A stretch of 64,000 nucleotides of DNA from contig NC_092672.1 of the NCBI RefSeq assembly GCF_964355755.1, positions 31,998,437-32,062,436 on the forward strand, in the 5' to 3' direction. The notes under the pieces are model-generated. The model did no database searches, was not told where the DNA came from, and worked only from the letters and a program-made list of their open reading frames with translations. The stretch is from Antedon mediterranea. Its lineage: Eukaryota > Animalia > Echinodermata. Positions 25,901-37,300 of this stretch are shown piece after piece; position 1 is the stretch's first letter, and each line of letters opens with the position of its first letter. The position numbers were made by a program, and so were the translations under genes.

Positions 25901-28302
25901 ATATATATGTATTATTTTCCAAAAAACGTCCAAAATTGCAGGGAAGGGGTCTTTAAATTAAAGTTTGTTCAGATAAATCTGTTTTCCATCCAATTTTTGG
26001 TCAAAGTGAATAACTATTATGTGACATTAAATTGGCATATTCAACAAAAAAAAGTTTTAAAAATTATTTTTTCAGGAAACAATATATCTTTAATGAATAA
26101 GAAAAGTATTTAAAGTAGGGTCATACTAAATTACTAAAGCTTGGTTCCCACTATTGTTGATGCAATGCAAGCAAGTTGACCAATGACAAGTCAAATCCAA
26201 CAGTTATGATTGGTCAAATATAACTTATATTGTGCTTACGTCTCTAGTGGGAACCAAGCATGAACACCTATACTTATAATTGGTACATAATAAAACATCA
26301 TCATAAATAAAATTTGTAAAAAATATTTGGATGACATTAATAAAGTACTGTAGATTATTAAACTTGTTACATGCAAAAAAACTACCTACCAATTAGAAAA
26401 ATGACCAACAAGAAAATTGAGGTCCCACTCACAGACAGACCAACATCTCGTGGTAAAACTATCGGCGGGAATGGGACGCCAAAAATAAAAGACAACTACT
26501 TACTTGACTGATCATGTGGTGTTTCATTATTATTGCGAAATAGCACTAACATAGGAAACTGGGTTCAACTCTCAAAAGGCAGTTAATTATCCAAGATGTG
26601 TCCCAAATTAGAGCCTTATTGAGGGACGTGTGTCTCATGACAGAATAACAAAGTACTATCTTGCAAAAAAACTAACAAAATTCTATGAATTTCGCAAGTG
26701 TCAACAATTTATTTTCGTTATGATGAAAGAAATAGGGTTTTCGAGCATATGCTTTAAATCAATGTATTAACTTTCAAAGCTAAAAACAAGGTTTCAGCCA
26801 ATCTCTTCCAACAGTAAGCTACAAGAACAGACAGGCCCAGGTTATTCCATTTTAACTACAGGGTAGTCACATATAAAACTATGACTCATCAGATTATGGA
26901 CAGATTCCAATTTGCAAGTCTGAACTTGCCTGGGTTAGTCTATTTTCAGACAGGGATGATGAAATATTAATCTAGGTTGAATCATAATACCTTTAGTGAA
27001 TCATCACTATAAATAACACAGAACTAACTCTAAAGATAATTATTCAACTACCCTTGAAACCAGAAGCTTACAATTAACAAATGAGCTGACCGATTCCTTA
27101 GATCAAAATTATAATGTGAACTATATTTGACATTAATTATGCGTACAGTTTTGAAGCAGACGACAATAGATACATGTACTGTTTAATAGCAGACAACGTC
27201 AATACAATCGGTAACCTAATGAATACGATCTGAGCATGTGCAAAAAGCATAATACTGTCTGGGAATCATTTTGTATGCTGTTTTTTTTAATGATTAATAT
27301 TTAAAAAAAGTACTGAAATATATTCAAAATGATTCTACAAATTGAATACTAAAAACTTCTAGCTCAATTCATAATTTTTCAAATGGTATTTTTAAATATT
27401 AATGATGAAATACCAAAATGATGTTTTTGTTTATTTTAAATTTTAAGTCATTTTCAGATATAAATATAAACAATATTATTAGATGAACACTACCAAAATG
27501 TTTCTGGGAGTTTGAGGATCAGATGTGGCTGGATTATATGTACCCAATTGATTAACTTTCTTTATGCATTTATATATTTATTTTCTATTTAATGTTTTTT
27601 TTATTTATTTTATTGAAGCACCGCCATTGTGGCACTAAGCACCACTGATTTAATTCCAAATAAATAAAACAAATAAATAAATTATGAAAAATATATCAGC
27701 TTTATATTGGATTTAAAAACTAGACTTGCACCTTTTGAAATTGAAGCAAATTTGATAAATAAAATATGTAGTTTTAAACATGGTATGTAGAGGGAATGAA
27801 AACATAATGGAATCATACCCACCATATTCAAAATGTTAACAATTAAAAAAAACATAAAAATTTTATGAAAATGTTTAATAATTGATGACAAAATGTTTAC
27901 TTACCGAGTAGTTTTGTGACTGAAAGTCGGACGAGTTCATCATCGAAAGAAAATGTGGATGTACATTTGGCTGGAGGTCATATAGGACACCATCCAACTG
28001 CAAATTTTCCTCTAAGCACCTGTTCACACTGTTTGGATCGTTTATTTCATTATAATTATAGCTAATTGGTTCTGCAAGCGTTGGTGTCATAGTACTAAAA
28101 TAAATTGAATATGATTTTAAAAATGTATAAATAAATATTGTTCAAAAACCTTCTACGTCCTTGCATTGGGTCCAAGTGGGAACTCAGCTTTATCAATCAG
28201 CGCTAGTACTTACCCGTTTTGCGTTACCTCACCAAGCTGGTTCCATAACGCATTAAACAACACTGGCATCTCATTTTGTTGGGGTTGAAAGTCTTCAGCC
28301 AT
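13942..28302 (-). CDS. TP63/TP73: p53-family transcription factor with p63/p73-alpha architecture (TAD, DNA-binding, oligomerisation, SAM, TID), 11 coding exons
   Basis: Exons 28302-28214 (FNALWNQL, MDM2-type TAD), 28094-27905, 24045-23909, 23312-23231 (NTDYPG...AKSASWT), 22984-22804 (KRCPNH), 22403-22187 (CTISCVGGMNRRP), 21707-21580 (LGRRVIEIRPCACPGRDR), 21337-21249 (KKRK NLS), 20783-20662 (VKGRENYEMLKKINEALEL), 15278-14952, 14644-14548 and 14190-13942 (SAM, then TID RFTLKQTFSF). All phases are consistent. Confidence 0.95.
15436..16250. repeat. CAA/CAG-rich minisatellite, about 26-29 bp units
   Basis: Repeats of CAACAACAAAGGCAGCAACACAACAGCAG and variants. Confidence 0.95.
17955..18132. mobile_element. 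Small TIR element with 6-bp target duplication
   Basis: CAGGCCTTGTCTTTT...AAAAGACAAGGCCTG flanked by ATTAGT on both sides. Confidence 0.7.
19284..19326 (-). CDS. Candidate alternative terminal exon of the p53-family gene (short p53/gamma-like isoform)
   Basis: Pyrimidine-rich acceptor TTTTGCAAATTTTTCAG, phase-compatible with the OD exon ending in GA; gives E-LKRIKKENSDLID-stop. Confidence 0.55.
22599..22792. mobile_element. Unclassified MITE family with 5-bp target duplication
   Basis: Termini (C/T)(T/C)AAGGCAATCTAA...TTAGATTRCCTTGG. TSD TCATA here and TTATA at the inverted copy 57925-58152; third copy at about 52437-52642. Confidence 0.75.
25327..25952. mobile_element. TTAA-flanked non-autonomous DNA transposon (Kolobok-like)
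   Basis: TTAA-AGCCCCCTTCCCTAC ... GCAGGGAAGGGGTCT-TTAA. A second, more degraded TTAA-AG element lies at about 41593-41879. Confidence 0.7.
26504..26515 (-). CDS. Candidate internal first coding micro-exon (MISQ) of a DeltaN isoform of the p53-family gene
   Basis: ACCAC-ATG ATC AGT CAA followed by a consensus GTAAGT donor, phase 0, compatible with the exon starting at 24045. Confidence 0.45.
26912..26941. promoter_or_regulatory. Putative p53-family response element (three contiguous half-sites)
   Basis: TTGCAAGTCT GAACTTGCCT GGGTTAGTCT against RRRCWWGYYY: middle half-site perfect, no spacers. AP-1 site TGACTCA at 26882-26888. Confidence 0.5.
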
Positions 28303-29641
28303 GCTTGTCGTATTAACGGTCAAAGGTCATAGGACCTGCTAGAAGAGAATTTTTCAGTTTAATTTTAAAAGAATTGCAAAAACCAGAATATCAGCAATGC
28401 TGCTTTTTAGCTATGAAATTCTTATATCAAAACGTATTAATTCAGTCGCACTCTACTAGCCTAGGCCTACTATACTATCTATGCCTCTACTACAAGTCCA
28501 GAGTAAAGAGAGAGCAGAGACTAGTATAGTGCTACAGCTAGGCTTAGACTCTAGAGTACTGTAGCCTAGGATAGTACTAGAGAGTAATAGTAGGTAGCCA
28601 GCTAGCCTGTTTGTTTATTAAAATTATAATACTAGGCCCTAGAGGACTAGGCTAGGCCTAGTCTAATTAATAGCTTTCAAAAACACGAAATTTATATTCA
28701 ATCAAATTAATACAATACTAATAATATAGGCCTATATACTTTAATCTAGAAACAGACGTATCATATTTTCAATAGGTTAGGCTGAGTGACGTAAAGTAGT
28801 AAGTCGAAATGTTAAAAGTGCTAGGCCAAACCACAAAATGCTGATGGCGGCGGTTTTGTTATGGAAATCCCCACCCAGGTTAGCACTTTACGATCGCCAA
28901 ACGTTTGCTCCTTCACCACGTGCTAACCAAATTATTGTCAAAATACTCCAAAATTTAACTTGAATAATAAACAAACTCTTAATAAACATTTTACACAGAT
29001 ACATTGGATTAATTCGGTTAACAATTCATAAGCTACCATACCTTAATTAACTAAAAAATGACTTTATAAGACCATCTCAGCCCCTCAAACAATAATATCG
29101 GTTCTGGCATGCGCATTGTTATGATCTCAACATCTAGGCCTAGGCTATAAATAACTTTTTAGTAAAGACACATCATCAATATTAAAAATACTGTCATTAA
29201 ACACCATTTAAATATTTTTTTCTCTAACAAAATTTATAAATTATACAATGGTTATATTTTTAACATTTTTTTTCATTGCAAACCATTATTTTTTAACGAT
29301 TTTGTTGAACTTTCTTTGTTGTTTTGGATTTCCTCGCTTGACTGGGCACGCGACGTGTTCATGCAGTTTTCGCATTCGATCGGTCTTTCACTAAAAAAGA
29401 CTTTTTTTTGGGGCGCTTATACAAATGTTCCATGTTAGGTTAGGTTATAGCCTAGTTGTCTCATTCTGAGTCTGAACTTTTCGTACGACGTACGTGCAAA
29501 TCACTTTATTTATGAATTAAAATACGTTTTAATTTTACAATAATATAAAACAACGCAACATTTGTAGAAAATAGAAAAAATACCTATCGAATATTTATTA
29601 GAGGTCACTTTGAGGTCAAAATAGTAAAAACAACAACAATC

Positions 29642-31190
29642 ATGCAATCTGTCCGCGATGAGGCTGTTTTGAATGCAATTTTTAATCCCTTGTTCCCAGT
29701 TCCCACAAAACAAACAGAAGATGAGATAATAGAGAAAGGTATGCAACATAATTAACTTATATGGTTTCTTCTTTTTATTTTATTTCGACAAACATTTCAT
29801 AAAGAAATTTGGGTCCGAAATGGGCCCAGCTAGGCCTAGCTAGCCTGGCCTCTACTACTTTACTAGATCAAAATGTACTCTACAAACACTACTAAGTACA
29901 CGGACTTATTTACTACCTGCCCGGTCGACCCTAACTATCAATGTTGACCAACCTACCAGCATTATGCTTTAATTAAATTCTGAATTTTATTAATTCAAAT
30001 GTAGACTCGTTGGGTTGTTTTACTAATTATTATTCGTCTAAATATTACTAGTAGGTCTACTGATTATTGTATTTAAAAAATACAATTAATTAGCCTAGCT
30101 AGGCCGTACTATGTTTTATTTATATATATATATTGTATATATATAATATGAATGAAGCAGAAGAAAGACAATTTTGGTTTAAAAAATTCTATTTTGTGTA
30201 CAAATGCAGGATTTAAACAGTCATATTATTTATGGTGATATGTTTGAAAAAAAGTTTGAATATAATAATTGCAAATACATGCAAAATAACTAGGCCTAAT
30301 ACCAATAAATGATTATGTACATTTATTTTGTATTTTGCATAGAAGAAGAAAATGAAGAGGTAACAAAAGTAAAACAATTCGAATTGGAAGGAGTACATGC
30401 CGCAGAGAAGGGAGACCTCTATGCTGCATTAACCGCTTTCCATAAAGCTGTGGAGCTTATGCCAGAGAGGGCGTCCTGCTACAATAATAGAGCTCAAGCC
30501 CTTCGATTGAAAGGTGACATTAAAGGTGAAAAATAAAATAAACATTGCGGTAAACATTTCTCAACTTTTTATTGTATGCTCATGAAATCTACAAATCTAT
30601 TTAAATTTTACAAAAATTGTGATAAAACATTAAGAAAATAAATTAACATCACGAGTGATCATTAAAATTAAATTTTCCAATACCCCCATATGCCTATAAC
30701 AGCATTTAAAAAGTCTTTCCAGAATGTATTTTAAGTGTAGAGAGGCACTAGTATATGTCAACAGACAATTCTTGGTCTTTTCTCCATTATTTTCTGATGG
30801 TTGTTACATATATTGCTGTGTATTTCTTCTCTTTCTATTTTATTTTATTTATCTATGGACAGTTTGTCTGAAATAAATTTTGAATGAATTATTCAACTTA
30901 AAATAATATATAAAACTATCATTTCAGGAGCTGTTGAAGACCTAGAAATGGCAATTAAACTAAGCAACGGTAGTGGAAAGGCTGCATGTCAGGCTTACAT
31001 TCAACGTGGTCTGATTCGAAAACTACAGGGTGAAGAAGAGCCTGCACTGAATGACTTTAAGAAAGCTTCGAACCTAGGCAGCGAGTTTGCTAAGGCGCAA
31101 GTGGTGCAAATGAATCCATACGCCGCAATGTGCAATCAAATGTTAACAGACGTTTTACAACAGCTGAAGTCTGGACAATATCAAGATTGA
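29642..31190 (+). CDS. TTC36: Tetratricopeptide repeat protein 36
   Basis: Exons 29642-29738 ([11 protein letters not shown]), 30343-30525 ([13 protein letters not shown]...[19 protein letters not shown]) and 30928-31190 (QAYIQRGL...[12 protein letters not shown]). Confidence 0.95.
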
Positions 31191-31523
31191 TTGAAAATAT
31201 GTAATGTTTTTTGCTAACCATTGTGTATTTTTTTATTATACACAGCATTACGTATAACATCAACTCTCCTCCAAAACAGACAACTTTCCAAACACTAATG
31301 TCTTGCCAATAAGAGTATCCTAAGTATATCAAAGATTATTAAAAGATAAGATATATTATTCTTATATAAGTAAATATTTTTAGTTGTGGATAAATTAATA
31401 TTAATAGTTCTTTGAATGAAAAAAATGCAGTTGTTTGGTACCCTTTTAACCTTCTCGTGCCAAAAATATTTTTTGGTTGAACCAAATCTAGAGTATACAG
31501 TTTATTTGCCAAAGTACTCAAAT

Positions 31524-33073
31524 GTGAAGTTTGTACGCCACTAGCTTCTCGCAGTTCATCACCTGTCTTTACTCGCCTTATCGATAAAATAAACCAACGT
31601 ATTGCACTCAATGAAAGGTAGTTTTTTCCACCCAGGACAGCAAATAGAGCTGTCAATTTAGTATGGAGGTAAAGGCTTATTAAGCTTCTATTTAAAAAAT
31701 AATTTGTGTTAAGTTAATTTTAACATTTTAGTAATAGGTCCTACTACTAGGCCTACACTTTATAAACATGCATTGTTGTATAATTATAAAATTATTGGGT
31801 TTTTTTGTTCCTAATTTATTTAATAGATTTTCAAATTTCATTTCATTATTTATTTGGTCTATTTAAGTATATACAAAACAAAACAAAACTGAAATTGGGG
31901 AGAACAGGGTCAACCTAAGTGAACTGAATCACTGTAGCTGAGCCGGTTGACCCAACCCCAAAACAGTTTACACATAAAAGACAAAATACAGTTACAGCGA
32001 ATCAAAATGAATATGAACTTTTCTAATGAAAGCTGATGGGCTTTCTAGGACTGCAGCATCTGTCAACGGTCTGGGAAGCTGGTAACCTGATTGCTGTAGA
32101 ATGGAAAAAAGATAATCTTAGAAATAAAATAGAGGCCTATTCTATTGCAATTTTGAAAAAGTTGAATTTGCAGTAATTGTTAGATCATGCTTTTAAAAAA
32201 AATAGAACCAGCAAACCTCAGCTAAAGGCCCATTCACACTAGGACGATAACGATCGACGATAATAGACAATAATTTGCATTTTTCATACATAAAATAAAA
32301 GAAATATAAAACCTTTTCATTCTAGAACTATAGAATAACCATCTATGCTTCCTTTGATGAAAATTATATTTTCACACGTCCAATCAAATGACGTCATGAT
32401 TAAGAGCAATAATATCGTGACAATACAACGATTTTATTGTTTTTATGTATCATGACGTCATTTGATTGGAATTTTAAAAATATTATTTTTATCAAAGACA
32501 GCATAAATGATTATCCTATAGTCCTAGAACGAAACCCTTTCTAATTTCTTTAGTTTTATGTTAAAAAAATGCATGCTTATATATTTATCGTCGATCGTTA
32601 TCGTCCTAGTGTGAATGGGACTTAATTCTGTTTTGTTTTTTATTTGAATATGGTTTCTACAGTGAAATTAAGACCCTGATTCATCATTTCATAATAAAAA
32701 ATTACAATATAATTTCCAAATCAATAACTATATGAAATTAATCCTTGTTTATTACTTGAATTGTGTTCAGATTTGACAAGTTCTTCATTCATTCATTCAC
32801 TTTTTTGCGATGTAACATGGCACCCAGCTGGCAATCCAGAGGGCGACTCTGCAACTAGTTCTTTTACTATTGCTAGTTTCGCACTTAATTATTGCGGATT
32901 GGACACCATGTTCCATTTGACGTGCGCAGGACAGACGAAGGAGAAAATAAGAAACACAATCCGAAGAGCGAAGGCTATTGGTATTAAGAGTGTTTTAGCA
33001 CTGAGAGGAGGTAAATTCAATACAGGGTTTTATCTCTTATTTAAACGAAGTGGGTGACTCACTTTTTTTTCTC
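31524..33073 (+). pseudogene. Disabled partial duplicate of MTHFR (3' part of coding exon 1, intron, exon 2)
   Basis: Near-copy of about 34500-35386 with no start codon, TGG changed to TAG at 31619-31621, a short deletion, a frameshifting (CATT)n replacement near 32786, and TE insertions in the intron. Confidence 0.9.
32226..32622. mobile_element. Long palindromic Harbinger-like MITE
   Basis: TIR AGGCCCATTCACACTAGGACGATAACGATCGACGATAA and its reverse complement, internal symmetry, TAA duplication. Absent from the homologous intron of the intact MTHFR gene. Confidence 0.85.
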
Positions 33074-34375
33074 ATTTATTAAGACAATGCCACTTTGTGA
33101 TTGTGCAAAGCACAAAATGATCAGAAAATTGTATCTGATATCTTTAAAACTACTGTACATTTGAACGAAAAGTGCCACCTTCTAGTGCCAAAAATAGTTT
33201 TGGTTGAACCAAATCTGGAGTATACAGTTTATTTGCTAAAGTACTCAAATGTTATAATATTAGAGTATATTTAATAAAATAAGTATTTATTTGGACTTTA
33301 ATGTATTTGTCTCTTTAGCGCAATGGCGATTTTTTGTGACATTAATGTTTTGATTCCATAATGTTTTTGGTAAATATATTATGAAAGTTGTTCAAATCAC
33401 AAACAAAAAATTAAAGTTCATTATGGTTTAGCAAGAAAGGGTAAATCATGAGGAATAAATAAAGGAAGAACTCGTATTTTAGTCCTGGTTTTGGTGTGTG
33501 AGCACCAAAGATTTTATAATAGCGTACCTTCCTTATTACCACACTTCTCTCTCTGGTGAGCACTCATATTTTATGTAGTGAGCCCTCTATTCTACCAACA
33601 ATCTAAATAAGATGATGAAACTGCGTGCAAATGATGATGAGTGAAAAGTGATTGACCAATCACATCAGTTGATTGTAGAAACGTAACGTGTTTGGATTGG
33701 TGGATAAGAAACGCATGGTCGGTCACGTCGAACAACGACGTTGGCGATGATGGAATTTTTGTAAACAACAACACACGTACGTACGACGTACACTACTCTG
33801 AGTGAGAGAGTATTCTTCAATTCACAAAATTCTTTCATAAAAACGTGCGCGAGAGCGGTGAGTAAACGTACAAGGAAATTCTTTACATAATCTTTTCTAA
33901 TAAGTTGTTTTGTATAATCTATTTAAAAATTATTATAAGGAGGACATTAAAAAGAGATTTATGAATGAGGAAATTACACTGATTTTCGCTACTTAATAAT
34001 TCAAGAAAAGTTTAAAACTAGGCTAGCCTAGCCTAGTTAGTAGTACAGTAGTAGGCCTAGTTAATAGGCGCGGCCAGCAGCCTGACCAGACCAGATAAAG
34101 ACAACAGGCGATTCGTAGTGTGTGGTGGGCCAGAGATCTTTGTTTGGTATGTATTTTAACTAGGCCATAGGCCTACGCTAGGAATTACATTCACTGTACA
34201 ACAAGTCTGCCTACTGTCTCTAGGCCTAGGCCTATTACTAACGAAGACTAAGGCATATTTAGGTAAAAATAAAATAGAAGATCTAGGCCTAGGTTTAGGC
34301 CTAGCTAGGCTAGGCGCTCAAGCACAATTTAACAGATTTTTATTTTGAAAATTTTTTTTAGATAAATCAAGAACA

Positions 34376-37300
34376 ATGGCTGAAATCCAGGAAGTAAATG
34401 GACCTGTAGGCCTTTCAGATCTGAAAGCTTTGCAATTTGATAAAAATACATGGCCCAGAGATCTGACACGGCAGAGTAGCAGTACAAGTGGCGTTAGCAG
34501 TGAGGGTTGTACGCCACTAGCTTCTCGCAGTTCATCACCTGTCTTTACACGCCTTATCGATAAGATAAACCAACGTATTGCACTTAATGAAAGGTGGTTT
34601 TCAATAGAATTTTTCCCACCCAGGACGGCAAATGGAGCTGTCAATTTATTATCGAGGTAAAGGCTTTATTATTATATTAAGCTTCTATTAAAGATTTATT
34701 TATATTAATTTAATTTTAACATTATAATAATAGGCCCTACTACTGTATAAATATGAATTTTTGTATAATTATAAAATTGTTTTTTTGTTGTTAATAATAT
34801 AATATTCAGCTTTATTTAAAACAGATTTTAAAATTGATAATCTTTAAAAAAAAATATTGTAATTTTGAAAATTGTGCCAAAAAAGTTGAATCATGTTAGA
34901 TCATGCTTTTAAAAAAAATACAACCAGCAAACATCAGTTTTTTATTTCTATTATTGTTTCTATGGGCCTTGATGATGAACATTGACCTTCATTAATTTCA
35001 TAACAAAAAATTACAATTAATCACCTGACCTCCAAATCAATAACTATGAAATTCTTGTTTATTGAATTGTGTTCAGATTTGACAAGTTCTTGGAAGGAGG
35101 CCCACTTTTTTGCGATGTAACATGGCACCCAGCTGGCAATCCAGAGGGTGACTCTGCAACTAGTTCTTTGACTATTGCCAGTTCCGCACTTAATTATTGC
35201 GGATTGGACACCATGCTCCATTTGACGTGCGCACGACAGACGAAGGAGAAAATAAGAAACACGCTCCGACGAGCAAAGGATCTTGGTATTAAGAGTGTTT
35301 TGGCACTGAGAGGAGGTAATACAATCACAGGTTTTATCTCCGAACAATGTATCTAAACAAAGTTGCTGACTCACTTTTTTTTCTCCAATGACCCACAAAA
35401 TGATTGGAATTGTATCTGGGAATCTAAAAATACACTTGGAAGAAGGGGTTGTCGGTTGGGAGTAATATATCGACATGACTGGATGTACTGTACTGAAAAA
35501 GTTTATGAATGTGAAAGTTGCCTGGTCTGGGATGGGTGTTTCTTCAGTTTAAAAAAAAAATTTAATTATAATAATTTTTTTCACTTTTTAGTTTTACTTA
35601 ACTGTATACTTGTAATAGTTAAGATAGTAGGGAAATATGTACTATAGTTTAGGAAATACTTATCAGCTGTTAGTGATGAACAGTTGGTCAAGGTGATGTA
35701 CAGTTGGTCAAGGTGATGTACAGTTGGTCAAGGTGATGTACAGTTGGTCAAGCTGATGTACAGTTGGTCAAGCTGATGTACAGTTGGTCAAGGTTTCAAC
35801 CTGACCACCAATTGACCAATTAATATTCCTACCACAGAAACATTCATAGGATTAATATAATTACTGACGGTGTAAAGTTCTGTCTACACTTGCAAACTAG
35901 TTTGTGATTTGCCCAAATATGGTAGTGATATGAAATCATCATGATTGTCCATATATGGGCACATCAAATTTGTTTGTCACATAAAGTTTGATAGTGTAGA
36001 CAGAGCTTTAGAATATTTGAACCTGCAGAAGGATTTTATTGGTTCCTAATGTAATTTTAATCTTTCTTTAGACGCCCCAGATGGTGATGAGTGGACGTTT
36101 AATTCGGACGGTTTCAATTACGCAACAGACTTAGTTAAATTCATCAGACAAGAGTTTGGTGATTTCTTTGTCATCTGTGTGGCAGGTGAGTGCATTTTTA
36201 TCTTCAGTCTGTTTCCACTACAGTAGGTAATTTTTTATCGTAAATTGAAAGTGCCAGCTTACAGATATTCATATTTTAATTTTCAAAATCCCTTTCTGCG
36301 ACGAATTCGTAGTATTTTGAGTTTTTCTCTTCAGCGAAATTAGTTTATATAAAAACGAGTTATGAGCGGTCATGAGCACTCATGCGAATCCAAAAAAAGC
36401 ATGCGATGGATATGAAAACTGCACCTATTAGCTCTTGTGGGGAAAGGGTAGCGTGATTTTGTTTTTTGGATTCACCTAGTGGAAAATAGACTTCAACTAT
36501 ATCTATATAGTAACTGTACGATTGTTGCGCATCGAAGAATGTACCATATTTTTAGGCAGAATACAAAAATTGAAGGTACAGAAAAATTAATTCTGATTCA
36601 AGAAACAAGACTTTAAAAAAATTTGAAATTAATTAGAATAAACTTGGTGTTTGCCACAAAGCTGAAATAATTTATAGAATTATAATATTAGGAATTTTCT
36701 GCAGTTTTTGCCTGTTAATCGCTGTACACAACAACATATACTGTACTGGAAAAGTAGAGAGGGTGCACTATATTTTGGCTTGATGCTTTAATATCTGAAT
36801 GCCAAAATTGGGAAACTATTTTTATGAGTCAGTACTTTTTTATGGTTTGAAGGACCAAAATTTGTCTAGTTTATTCTTGAAATTGATGTACTGAGCATTG
36901 ACAACCTCTTCATACAGAAGAAAATTTCCCTTGCTCTTATCTTGAAAATTTGGTTTGTAGATTTTGTATTATATTCATGTATTGACGTACAACCAGTCGT
37001 GCCTTTGAATATTTCAATAACATGTTGATGTATTTATACAAAGTGTTTTGCTTTGTTCGTGTCTTGATGTTATTGATATTATTATTGATGTTACTTGTAC
37101 TTTTTCGCCAAATAAGAGAATAATGAATATTTCAATAACCAAGCATATTGTAGTTTGATAAAGGTAATTTATATGACGCAAATATATAGGGAATGAAAAA
37201 GAATTTCTGTGAAAAACACCCAAAATATGACCTTTTCCAGCTCAATGACAGTGATGTAACAAAGATTACCATTTCACCCAAGTGCATAGTTGATTTATAA

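Noticed and set aside
32761-33057. Second functional MTHFR gene
   Set aside because: No start codon, an in-frame stop, a frameshift and no downstream exons.
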